A program made the position numbers and the translations under genes. 64,000 nt of DNA from an uncultured Acidobacteriota bacterium (GTDB lineage: Bacteria; Acidobacteriota; UBA6911): positions 32,001 through 96,000 of the forward strand of contig CAWJKZ010000015.1 of assembly GCA_963843575.1 (NCBI GenBank). The letters run 5' to 3'. Below, piece after piece: positions 50,561 to 59,678 of the stretch. Under the pieces are notes generated by a model. That model was not told the DNA's origin. It made no database searches and worked only from the letters and a program-made list of their open reading frames with translations. Position 1 is the stretch's first letter. Each line of letters starts with the position of its first letter.

Positions 50561-53023
50561 CTATTCGCAGCGCAGCGCGACGACGGGGTCGACCCGGCTC
50601 GCCCGTTGAGCCGGGAACCACACGGCGGCAAGGGCGACGGCCGCCAGCAGGATCGGGATTCCGACAAACACCGTGCGGTCCCACGCGCCGACGCCGAACA
50701 GGAAGCCGGACAGCAACCGGGTCAGCCCGAACGCCGAGGCGAGCCCGAGGGCGATCCCCGCCCCGGCCAGGATCATCCCCTGCCGAACGACCATCCTCCT
50801 GACGGTCGTCGAGCCCGCCCCCATGGCGATGCGGATCCCGATCTCGCGGGTCCGCTGCTGGACCGAGAACGCGATCAGTCCGTAGACCCCGATCGCGGCG
50901 AGCAGGAGAGCGGAACCGCCGAAGATCGACATGAGCAACATGTTGAACCGTTCGCGCGAGGTGGAGAGCGAGACGATCTCGCTCATGCTCTGGATGTCGG
51001 ACACCGGCAGCCCGGTAGCCTGGCGCAGCTGCTCCTGGACTTTGGCGCTGAGCGAGTAGGGATCCATTCGGGTGCGGACGACCCACGCCATCGGGGAGAT
51101 TCCGACGTTCAAGGCATTCGCGGCGTCGGGAACCTGCGCCTGCGGGATGAACATGGTCGGCGCGGGCTCGTTGTTGAGCCCGCCGTCGCGGCTGTCTGCG
51201 ACGACGCCGATGATCTGGCGCGGCTGCTCGTCGGCGAATTCCCTCATGACGCCTTTGCCGATCAGTAGCCGGTCGTTCAGCGGATCGCCGTCCTTCCAGT
51301 ACTGCCGGGCCATGGTCTCGTTGATGACGACGACCCGGGGCGCCAGGCTGTCGTCGCGCTCGGTGAACGCCCGGCCCCGTTTGACCGGGATCTTGAACAC
51401 GTCGAAGTAGCCCGGCGACGCGGTCGTCCAGCCGCCGCCGCCGTGGAAGGGCCCGTCCTGCAGCGGCCGGCCGACGATGACGAAGGGGAGTCCGTAGCCG
51501 CCCTGCAGCGGCACGCAGCACGTCGCGCTCGCCGCTTCCACGCCGGGCAGCGCCCTCATCCGCTCAACCCCGTCGCGGATGATCTGGTCCACCGCAGCCG
51601 ACTTGGCGAAACGCGGGCCGGTGAGCGACATGCGCATCGTCAGGACGTTTCGGGCGTCGAAGCCGGGATCGACCGAGCGCAGCGCGACGAAGGTCCGGAT
51701 CAGCAGCGCGGACCCGACCAGCAACACCAGCGCAAGGGCCACCTCAGCGACGACCAGGATGGAGCGCGTCTTGTTGTGCCGGAACCCGGTGCCCGAGCGC
51801 CCGCCCCCTTCCTTGAGCGTCGTGCTCAGGTCAGGGCGCGACCCCTGCAGCGCCGGGATCAGCCCGAACAGCAGCCCGGTCCCCACCGAGAGGAGGGCGG
51901 CGAAACCGGCCACCCGCCAGTCCAGCCCGACCAGGGAACCATCCGGGCCCAGCCGCGGGAGGTCAGCCGTGTTTATGGCCAGGAGAGCCTTGATGCCCGC
52001 CAGCCCGAGGATCAGGCCCAATGCGCCCCCCGCGACCGACAGCACCACGCTTTCGGCCAGCAGCTGGCGGACGATGGATGCCCGGCCGGCCCCGATGGCC
52101 GCCCGGATGGCGATCTCGTGGCTGCGTCGCGTGGCGCGCACGAGCAGCAGGTTGGCCACGTTCGCGCACGCGATCAGCAGCACGCACCCCACCGCCCCCG
52201 CCATCACCCACAACGTCGGGCGCACGTTGGCTACAACCGCCTCCTGCAACGGCGTAACGGTAAACCCGTTGTTCGCCCCGAGCCCGTTCGGGAACTTCTT
52301 CCGGTATGTCTCGGTCGAGACCTGTAGCAGCGCCCGGGCCTTCCCGAGCGCGATCCCGGGTTTCAACCGGCCAGCCACCCTGAAGTAATGTCCCTGGTCG
52401 GTGCTTTCGGGATCGAGCTGGAAGGGAAGCCACACCTCCGGCGACGGGCCGAACTCCTCCGCCTTGAATCCCGGCTCCACGACCCCGATCACGACGTACG
52501 GCTCGCCGCTCAGCAGGATCGTCCGGCCGAGCACTTCCGGATCGGCGGCGAAGCGCCGCACCCAGAGGCCGTGGCTGAGCACGATCGTCTTTTCCCCGCC
52601 AGGGCGGTCCTCCTCCGCGGAGAAGCTGCGACCCCGGAGGATCGACGCCCCGAAAAGACGGAAGTAGTCCGCGCTCACCTGACCGCTGCGGAGCTGTTCG
52701 GGGAACGTTCCACCCGTGTAGTTGACGATGCCGTCCCGAAACGCGGAGACGTACTCGAAGGCTGCCGACTGTTGACGCCAGTGAGCGAATTTCGCCGGCG
52801 AGGCGGCGGAAGACGTGCCGCGAGGCCCCGTGTTCATGAACATCACGAGGCTGTCGGGTTTGGGGAACGGGATCGGTTTGAGCAGCACCGCGTTCACGAC
52901 CGAAAAGATCGCCGTGTTCGCCCCGATGCCCAGGGCGAAGGCCGCCACCGCAGCGAAGGAAAAGCCGGGTGCCTTGCGGAATTGCCGTAGCGCGTGCCTG
53001 AGGTCCCTCAGCCAATTCTCCAT
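50561..53023 (-). CDS. ADOP-type ABC transporter permease (MacB/FtsX duplicated)
   Basis: DLRHALRQ..K.PGF...ALGIGANTAIFSVVNAVLL, LLIACANVANLLL, EIGIR.AMGA, PA.RASRVDP..ALR.E. Confidence 0.95.
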   Translation of the reverse strand: MENWLRDLRHALRQFRKAPGFSFAAVAAFALGIGANTAIFSVVNAVLLKPIPFPKPDSLVMFMNTGPRGTSSAASPAKFAHWRQQSAAFEYVSAFRDGIVNYTGGTFPEQLRSGQVSADYFRLFGASILRGRSFSAEEDRPGGEKTIVLSHGLWVRRFAADPEVLGRTILLSGEPYVVIGVVEPGFKAEEFGPSPEVWLPFQLDPESTDQGHYFRVAGRLKPGIALGKARALLQVSTETYRKKFPNGLGANNGFTVTPLQEAVVANVRPTLWVMAGAVGCVLLIACANVANLLLVRATRRSHEIAIRAAIGAGRASIVRQLLAESVVLSVAGGALGLILGLAGIKALLAINTADLPRLGPDGSLVGLDWRVAGFAALLSVGTGLLFGLIPALQGSRPDLSTTLKEGGGRSGTGFRHNKTRSILVVAEVALALVLLVGSALLIRTFVALRSVDPGFDARNVLTMRMSLTGPRFAKSAAVDQIIRDGVERMRALPGVEAASATCCVPLQGGYGLPFVIVGRPLQDGPFHGGGGWTTASPGYFDVFKIPVKRGRAFTERDDSLAPRVVVINETMARQYWKDGDPLNDRLLIGKGVMREFADEQPRQIIGVVADSRDGGLNNEPAPTMFIPQAQVPDAANALNVGISPMAWVVRTRMDPYSLSAKVQEQLRQATGLPVSDIQSMSEIVSLSTSRERFNMLLMSIFGGSALLLAAIGVYGLIAFSVQQRTREIGIRIAMGAGSTTVRRMVVRQGMILAGAGIALGLASAFGLTRLLSGFLFGVGAWDRTVFVGIPILLAAVALAAVWFPAQRASRVDPVVALRCE

Positions 53024-53140
53024 GTCCACCCCCGGATCTTTCTATTAAGACGATACCAGAAGCCGGAAAGCCCGGAAAAAATATGGAAAATTCCCGTGGG
53101 ACGGATTTGGCAGGCATATTTTTCAGGACGCAGAACAACA

Positions 53141-53327
53141 CGGGCGATGAAAAACAAAAGCCAAAACAGAACGCAGATTCCGCGGATCCAACGGATTCAC
53201 GCGGATCGACTGCCGCCTGTCGCCAGGTCGACCTGTGGGGATCCGCGCGCATCCGCGTCCTGACAAATACTTTGGCGTACTTGCGCCGCACTCCAGATTA
53301 GGACAGCCTCTGAAGCCCGGACCCACT
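53141..53327. repeat. Cluster of intergenic repeats (copy of the 8104-8192 family plus REP half-sites)
   Basis: See 8104. Followed by GCCGCACTCCA and GGACAGCCTCTGAAGCCCGGACCCAC, which overlaps the 3' end of the decarboxylase gene. Confidence 0.7.
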
Positions 53328-54761
53328 TGAGTCCACTTTGGCGAGGCCGGAGAGGTGATCCAGGATGGCTTCGCCGTCTTCGAGACGGGTGCGCGGATTC
53401 ATGACGGTCATCCGCAAAACCTGGCGTCCCTCGAGCCTCGCCGTCGTGATCCAGCCGTGGCCGGAATCGTTGAGCCGCCGGCGCAGCTCCGCGTTGAGGG
53501 CGTCGAGCCGGGCGTCGTCGAGGGAGCGGTCGCCGACATATCGGAAGCAGAGGATGTTGCATTCGGGCTCCGGGCCGGCCTCGAAGTCTCCCCGGCGGCG
53601 CACCGCGTCGTGGATGGCGGCGGCCGTCGCGCACAGGTGATCGTAGAGTACCCCGAACGCGGCGGTGCCGTAGCGCTCGAGCGCCACCCAGAGTTTCAGT
53701 ACATCGGCCCGGCGCGAACACTGGAAACTGCGGACCCCCTGGTCCCACACGCGCTCTCCGCCGCCGCCGTGAAACAGGTAGGGGGCCCGCTGGGCGAAGG
53801 CCGCCTCCAGGAGCCGCTCTTCGCGCACGAGGACTACGCCCGTGGAGAGCGGCAGCAGCATCATCTTATGCGGATCCCACGAGAGGGAGCTGGCGAGGTG
53901 GAGCCCCGCCAGGCGGTGTCGGTGACGTGCGGAAAGCAGGGCCGAGGCGCCGTGGCAGCCGTCGACGTGCAGCCAGATCCCGCGCTCGGCGCAGAGTCGG
54001 CCGACCCGCTCGAGGTCGTCGAAGCGCCCGGTCGCGGTGGACCCGGCCGTCGCCACGACCGCCACGACGGTGCGCCCTTCGACGGCCAGGCGGTCGAGTT
54101 CGCGGGCGAGCCGGCCGGTGTCCTCCCGGAAGGATGCCGGGGGGAGCGAAAGGCAGTTGCGCGCCCCGAGCCCCAACTCGGCCGCGGCGCGCGAGACGGA
54201 ATAGTGGGACTGCTCTCCCGCGATTACGACGGCTCCGGCAGTGACGCCGGATTCCCAGGAGTCGGGGAAGGCGGCGGCTCGCGCCGCCAGCAGCGCTGTA
54301 AAGGTGGCCTCGGTCCCCCCGGAGGTAAACACCCCTCCCGCTCCCTCGCCGAACCCGGCCAGGCCCGACATCCAGCGTACGAGCCGGGTCTCGAGCGCAG
54401 TCGCCAGCGGCGACATCTCCGCCACCGCCATGGACTGGTTCAACGCGCCGATCACTGGCTCGGCCCAGATCGCCGCCGGAAGCGGGGGCGAAACCTGATG
54501 TCCGAGACAGCGCGGGTGATAGAGCCAATTGCTGTTGGGCAGCAGGTCCCGCTCGAGCCGTTCGACGACCTCCGCGGACGGGCTCCCCTGCTCCGGCGGA
54601 GCCTGCGCCAGCGCCAGGAGGCTCCCCGGTGCCCCTGGCACCGGCTTTCCCCCGCCCCGGCTGGTCTGCAGGTATCGGACGGCCATCCGGACGTACGGCC
54701 CGGCGGCGCCGGGCTGCATGTCCTCTTCCAGCATAAGAAGAACTTCGTCGAGGGTTGGCAT
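53298..54761 (-). CDS. Group II PLP-dependent amino-acid decarboxylase
   Basis: HPRCLGHQ, FTSGGTEA, SHYSV, ATAGSTATG.FD, WLHVDGCHG, WDPHK. Confidence 0.93.
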   Translation of the reverse strand: MPTLDEVLLMLEEDMQPGAAGPYVRMAVRYLQTSRGGGKPVPGAPGSLLALAQAPPEQGSPSAEVVERLERDLLPNSNWLYHPRCLGHQVSPPLPAAIWAEPVIGALNQSMAVAEMSPLATALETRLVRWMSGLAGFGEGAGGVFTSGGTEATFTALLAARAAAFPDSWESGVTAGAVVIAGEQSHYSVSRAAAELGLGARNCLSLPPASFREDTGRLARELDRLAVEGRTVVAVVATAGSTATGRFDDLERVGRLCAERGIWLHVDGCHGASALLSARHRHRLAGLHLASSLSWDPHKMMLLPLSTGVVLVREERLLEAAFAQRAPYLFHGGGGERVWDQGVRSFQCSRRADVLKLWVALERYGTAAFGVLYDHLCATAAAIHDAVRRRGDFEAGPEPECNILCFRYVGDRSLDDARLDALNAELRRRLNDSGHGWITTARLEGRQVLRMTVMNPRTRLEDGEAILDHLSGLAKVDSSGSGLQRLS

Positions 54762-54982
54762 GGGGGACTCTTGTACCGCAGCCTGATCCCGAATTACAGT
54801 CCAAGTTGGGTTGCGTTGTGCGGGACGGGAAAATTTCCCTGAAAAGGGCCGAGACACGATCCCGCCGGCGAGTTTCGGCTCAACGCCGGCGACACTCCGC
54901 GCTGTGGTCAGGATATTGCCTGTACCAGGAAGCCGTCTCCTGTGAGGGAGGGGGCCCGAAACTCACACAGGAGACCACGCGC

Positions 54983-55549
54983 GTGAAACTCTCCCGACTT
55001 TACCTCTTAGCGATCTCCGCCGCCCTGCTGGTCGGTTGCGCCCGCCAACAGGGCAAGCCCGGCGCAGACGGCGCTTCCAGACGGGGCGCGGCCGCCCGCA
55101 TCGATACCGTTCAGGATTCGGTTGACACACCCCGCCGCCTCGAATCGTTCTCGTGGAACCCGGTAAAACACCGGCTGACCTGGGATATTTCCCGGGGCGA
55201 GCACAAAACCGGGGAAAAGGAATACCACCCGGTCTCGACGGACCACTACGAGATCTACATGGACGACGCCACCATGACGTACAACGGTGAGACGCGTCGC
55301 TTCAACGAAAACGAGGCAACGAAGGTGCGGGTCGTCATGGACGTGATTTCACGGTACGCGGCCGATTCCACGGTATGGTGGGAGGAAGGCCAGGGGGACC
55401 CGGTCGACGGCAAGGGCAACACCCCGGCCACCCCGCGCACCAGGCGGAAGCCCCTAACGGTTGCGGCGCCCGCCCAGATAGTGAGCGTGCCGGGAGCGCT
55501 CTTTCATGTGGAGTGCGGCGCCTCGGCGCCGCTTTCCCGTACGTTCTAG
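54983..55549 (+). CDS. Hypothetical lipoprotein
   Basis: GTG after AGGAG, lipobox LVGC, coding-like composition. The 3' end runs into a REP. Confidence 0.65.
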   Translation: MKLSRLYLLAISAALLVGCARQQGKPGADGASRRGAAARIDTVQDSVDTPRRLESFSWNPVKHRLTWDISRGEHKTGEKEYHPVSTDHYEIYMDDATMTYNGETRRFNENEATKVRVVMDVISRYAADSTVWWEEGQGDPVDGKGNTPATPRTRRKPLTVAAPAQIVSVPGALFHVECGASAPLSRTF

Positions 55550-55660
55550 GGCCAAAATACCCGGCGCCTCGGAGCCATGCCGGATCCCGACATTGCGGTG
55601 AGCATGAAGGGGCGGCGCCCAGGCGCCGCCTGGAAAGCGGCGTCGAGCCGCCGCACTCCA
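55509..55660. repeat. REP pair TGGAGTGCGGCG...CGCCGCACTCCA
   Basis: Inverted pair of the same family as 37021, 58972 and 62250. Confidence 0.75.
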
Positions 55661-55680
55661 GGTGCTATACTCATTTAAAT

Positions 55681-56970
55681 ATGCGCAAGATCGTGGCCGT
55701 GCTGCTGGCGGTTTGCGCTCTGGGACCGTTCGCGGTTGGGCAGGAGCGCAAGGACCGATCCTGGGTGCTGCAGCCGGCGCGTGTTTTTGACGCCACGGAC
55801 GGCAAGACGCGAGACGGGTGGATCGTGGTAGTCACGGGCAACCGTATCGCCGCCGTCGGACCCTCCCGCGAGACGCCCGTGCCGCCGGACGCCGAGAGGA
55901 TCGAGCTCCCCGGCATGACACTCCTGCCCGGGCTGATCGACGCACACTCGCACATCTTCCTCCACCCCTACAACGAAACGCTCTGGAACGACCAAGTCCT
56001 GAAGGAGGCGCCGGCATACCGGACCGTCAGGGCCGTCCAGCACGTGCGGGAAACGCTAATGGCAGGGTTCACGACCCTGCGCGATCTCGGCACCGAAGGG
56101 GCGGGCTATGCCGATCTCTCGATGCGGCAGGCCATCGAGGAGGGATTGATCCCGGGGCCGCGTCTGTCGGTGGCGACCCTGGCGATCGTCGCCACGGCGA
56201 GCTACGGGCCGGGGCCGCGCGGGTTCGCACCGGACTTGGTCCTGCCGCAGGGCGCGCAGCCCGCGAGCGGGGCCGCGGAGATCCTGAAAGCCGTGCGCGA
56301 ACAGGCAGGACACGGCGCCGACTGGATAAAAGTCTACGCCGATTACCGGCGCGGCCCCGGCGGCGTCGCCGCCCCGACTTTCAGCCTGGAAGAGCTGCGC
56401 GTCCTGGTCGACGAGGCCCACTCGTCGGGCAGGCCCGTGTCGGCTCACGCGACCACGCCCGAAGGGATGCGCCGCGCCGCACTCGCCGGGGTCGACTCGA
56501 TCGAACACGGTTACGGCGGCACCGACGAGGTGTTCCAGTTGATGGCCAAACAGGGGATCGCGTACCTCCCTACCCTGGCCGCGGACGAAGCCTACGCCGA
56601 GTACTTCGACGGCTACAGGCAGGGGCAGCCGCCGACACCGGCCATGAAGGACGCGATCGCCGCCTTCGGCCGCGCCCTGAAGGCGGGCGTGACGATCGGG
56701 CTCGGGAGCGACGTCGGCGTGTTTGCGCACGGCACCAACTGCCGGGAACTCGAGCTGATGGTGCGCTACGGGATGACTGCGACCCAGGGGCTGATGGCGG
56801 CTACCGCGGTAAACGCGAAAATCCTCCGCATGCAGGACCGCATCGGCCAGATCCGCCCCGGGATGCTCGCCGACGTCATCGCCGTCGCCGGGGACCCGTC
56901 CGCGCGCATCGAGGCGGCACGCGACGTGCGCCTCGTCATGAAGAACGGTGTCCTCTACCGGCGCCCGTGA
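55681..56970 (+). CDS. Secreted amidohydrolase (Xaa-Pro dipeptidase-like)
   Basis: PGLIDAHSH, GFTTLRDLG, WIK, AHA, SIEHG, GSD, PG.LAD.IAV.GDP. Confidence 0.93.
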   Translation: MRKIVAVLLAVCALGPFAVGQERKDRSWVLQPARVFDATDGKTRDGWIVVVTGNRIAAVGPSRETPVPPDAERIELPGMTLLPGLIDAHSHIFLHPYNETLWNDQVLKEAPAYRTVRAVQHVRETLMAGFTTLRDLGTEGAGYADLSMRQAIEEGLIPGPRLSVATLAIVATASYGPGPRGFAPDLVLPQGAQPASGAAEILKAVREQAGHGADWIKVYADYRRGPGGVAAPTFSLEELRVLVDEAHSSGRPVSAHATTPEGMRRAALAGVDSIEHGYGGTDEVFQLMAKQGIAYLPTLAADEAYAEYFDGYRQGQPPTPAMKDAIAAFGRALKAGVTIGLGSDVGVFAHGTNCRELELMVRYGMTATQGLMAATAVNAKILRMQDRIGQIRPGMLADVIAVAGDPSARIEAARDVRLVMKNGVLYRRP

Positions 56971-57143
56971 CGCCGGCGTCATTCCGGTTTTTTCCTTTTC
57001 ATTATCTTTTCTTTTGTGTTAAAGAGGTCGCGGGGGCAGCAACCCTCGGTTGCAGGCCCCGGCGGACGCGCGCCTTCCGGCAACGGCCGGCGGAGGCGCC
57101 AAAAAGGCGTCCAGTGCCGGATTATTGATGGAGGTCAAAATAC

Positions 57144-57986
57144 ATGCTTAATCGGTACAGAATCGCTCTGTGTGTCATTCTGACGCTGGTTGCCGTGATG
57201 GTGGTCTGGGCACAGGCCCCGCGGGGAACCCCCGCGAACCCCGAAGACATCACGACCTGGCGCGGCAAGACGATTATTATGTTCGCCCCGCACGAGGACG
57301 ACGATCTGGCGTCTGCGGGCACGATGGCCATATTGAGGAAGAACGGGAACACCGTCTACATCGTCATGTACACCAGCGGTAACAAGGGCTCCCGCGACCT
57401 GGACATGACCGCCGAGCGGCTCGCCCAGATCCGCAGGCAGGAAGACCTGGCCGCGAACAAGGTCGTGGGGATTCCGCCGGAAAACATCTTTTACCTGGGC
57501 TACGACGACGGGATGCTCGAATATGTCCCTCAGAAGGAGATCGTGGAAAAGGTCTGCTGGTTCATCCGCAAGTACCGGCCCGACGCACTGTTCAGCATGG
57601 ACCCGGGCGACAAGTGGGTGAAGTGGTACAAGACCGACCACCGCGCCTCCGCCCTGCTGACGGCCGACGGCGCCCGCGCCGCGGCCTACCACCTCTATTT
57701 CCCGCAACACCGGATCAACGACGGGCTCCAGCCCTTCACGGTCCGCGACTGGTTCTTCTGGAGCTCCCACGAGCCGAACTTCAAGGTCGACATCTCCAGC
57801 GTGGCCGAACTGAAGTGGGAAGCCGCCACCAAGCACACCAGCCAGTTCGGGAAAGGGAACCTGAAGTACACCGGCCCCGAGATGGATCCGGAAACCAAGG
57901 AACAAATGCGTAACCGGGTGCGCAAGGACCCCGACGGCAAGGTGTACGAGCGCTTCCGCAGGCTGCAGGAATCCCTGTCGTTCTGA
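57144..57986 (+). CDS. Secreted PIG-L/LmbE family deacetylase
   Basis: APHEDDD, TSGNKGS, R..ED, LGYDDG, DHR. Confidence 0.92.
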   Translation: MLNRYRIALCVILTLVAVMVVWAQAPRGTPANPEDITTWRGKTIIMFAPHEDDDLASAGTMAILRKNGNTVYIVMYTSGNKGSRDLDMTAERLAQIRRQEDLAANKVVGIPPENIFYLGYDDGMLEYVPQKEIVEKVCWFIRKYRPDALFSMDPGDKWVKWYKTDHRASALLTADGARAAAYHLYFPQHRINDGLQPFTVRDWFFWSSHEPNFKVDISSVAELKWEAATKHTSQFGKGNLKYTGPEMDPETKEQMRNRVRKDPDGKVYERFRRLQESLSF

Positions 57987-58012
57987 TCGGGTTTTTCCGG
58001 CTGGCAGCAAAC

Positions 58013-58042
58013 GGGGCCCGGTACGCCGGGCCCCTCCCTTTT
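58013..58042 (+). terminator. Possible intrinsic terminator
   Basis: GGGGCCCGG-TACG-CCGGGCCCC stem-loop followed by TCCCTTTT. Confidence 0.5.
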
Positions 58043-58062
58043 GATGACGAGGTGGCACCGAG

Positions 58063-58971
58063 ATGAGCAATCCCAAGGTTGATGAGAGCAGGAAAGATCC
58101 CGCACCCGCCACGTTCAAGAGGCTCTGGCTCGTCTTCGCCGTGGTCACCACGGTTTTCTGGGGCATCTGGGGCGCCTTCATCGAGATACCCGAGAAGGCC
58201 GGATTCCCGGCGACGCTGGGCTACACCGTCTGGGCGCTCGTAATGATCCCGCCGGCACTCGTCGCCCTGGCCGTCATCCGTTTCAAGCTGGAGTACAACC
58301 TGCGCGCCGTGGCGCTCGGATCCGCCGTCGGCCTGCTCGGCGCCGGCGGTCAGCTGATCCTGTTCGAAGCGTTGCGCACCGGCCCGGCCTACCTCGTGTT
58401 TCCCATCATCTCGATGTACCCCGTCATCACCGTCCTGATGTCGACGACCCTGCTGCACGAGCGCGCGTCGCGCCGCTCCTGGATCGGGATCGGGCTGGCG
58501 CTGCCGGCCGTCGTAATGCTTTCCTACGTCCCCCCGGGGAACACCGCCGTCCACGGCTACGGCTGGCTCGCGCTCGCGGCCCTCGTCTCGCTGGCCTGGG
58601 GGCTGCAGGCCTACGTGATGAAGTTCGCGACCAACACGATCAGGGCGGAAAGCGTCTTCTTCTACATGATGCTGACCGCCGTCCTGCTCATCCCCTTCGC
58701 CATCGCGATGACCGATTTCTCGCGCCCGATCGAGTGGGGATTCCGCGGCCCTTACCTGGCCGCCCTGATCCAGGCGCTGAACTCCATCGGGGCCCTGACG
58801 CTCGTTTACGCCCTGCGCTACGGCAAGGCGATCATCGTGGTGCCGATGACGGCGCTCGCCCCCGTCCTGACCGTCGTCCTCTCGCTCATCCTCTACCAGG
58901 TCGTGCCGACCCCCGTCGTCGCCGCCGGCATCGTCTTCGCATCCATCGCCATGGTCCTGATGGCCGAGTAA
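58063..58971 (+). CDS. DMT/EamA family transporter
   Basis: About 10 hydrophobic segments in two repeats (FWGIWG / AWGLQA). Confidence 0.9.
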   Translation: MSNPKVDESRKDPAPATFKRLWLVFAVVTTVFWGIWGAFIEIPEKAGFPATLGYTVWALVMIPPALVALAVIRFKLEYNLRAVALGSAVGLLGAGGQLILFEALRTGPAYLVFPIISMYPVITVLMSTTLLHERASRRSWIGIGLALPAVVMLSYVPPGNTAVHGYGWLALAALVSLAWGLQAYVMKFATNTIRAESVFFYMMLTAVLLIPFAIAMTDFSRPIEWGFRGPYLAALIQALNSIGALTLVYALRYGKAIIVVPMTALAPVLTVVLSLILYQVVPTPVVAAGIVFASIAMVLMAE

Positions 58972-59325
58972 TGGAGTGCGGCGCCTCGGCCTGCCTCGGC
59001 GCCGATGCGCCCACCCCAAAGCGGCGTCGAGCCGCCGCACTCCACAGGCTGTCCAACGTTTGAACCACCGGCCCTACCCGCAGAACAAGTCTGCATTCAG
59101 TAGCGACAGCAAACTCGAAGCGGTGGGCGCCGATGCGCCCACCCCAAAGCGGCGTCGAGCCGCCGCGCTCCACAGGCTGTCCAACGATTGAACCACCGGC
59201 CCTACCCGCAGAACAAGTGGGTCCGGGCTTCAGCCCGGACGTCTTTGGGTCCGCCCTGTTTGGCGATAGTTGCGTTCAACAGCGACAGCAAACTGCGTCC
59301 GGGCTGAAGCCCGGACCCACTTGTC
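58972..59325. repeat. BIME-like mosaic with a 93-bp tandem duplication
   Basis: 58998-59090 repeats at 59126-59218 (2 mismatches). Inverted GTGGGTCCGGGCTTCAGCCCGGAC pair at ~59217 and ~59298. Confidence 0.85.
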
Positions 59326-59678
59326 TTTGCCGTCACACAAACAAACGAAATTGGGAAGATCTGCGTTACGCACGATTGTGGCTTGTTATTGTTTATTTAT
59401 CTTTGCTGTTGCTTTGCCATTGTGCTATAAACGGCGGCGTTAGGTTGGCCCCGCCCGGGGAGCGGCATAGTGCGCGGGACGTCGGCGGAAAAGATCGCCC
59501 CCGGGTCGGGTCCGGCCCGATGCTTGGATCGCGGGATCTTTGCGAGTTTTCCATCGGGACGCGACCGTGGATGCGGGAATCGTCGGGGTGCTCTCAAGCG
59601 GAGCGCCGCATTGCGCATCGCGTTCCGGCCCTTCGAGGGGCAGGCCCAGCCTGCCCCTCTTTCTTTTTTCTTTCCCTT

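Noticed and set aside
58972-59325. CRISPR array
   Set aside because: Only two long units made of REP palindromes, no regular repeat-spacer pattern and no cas genes.
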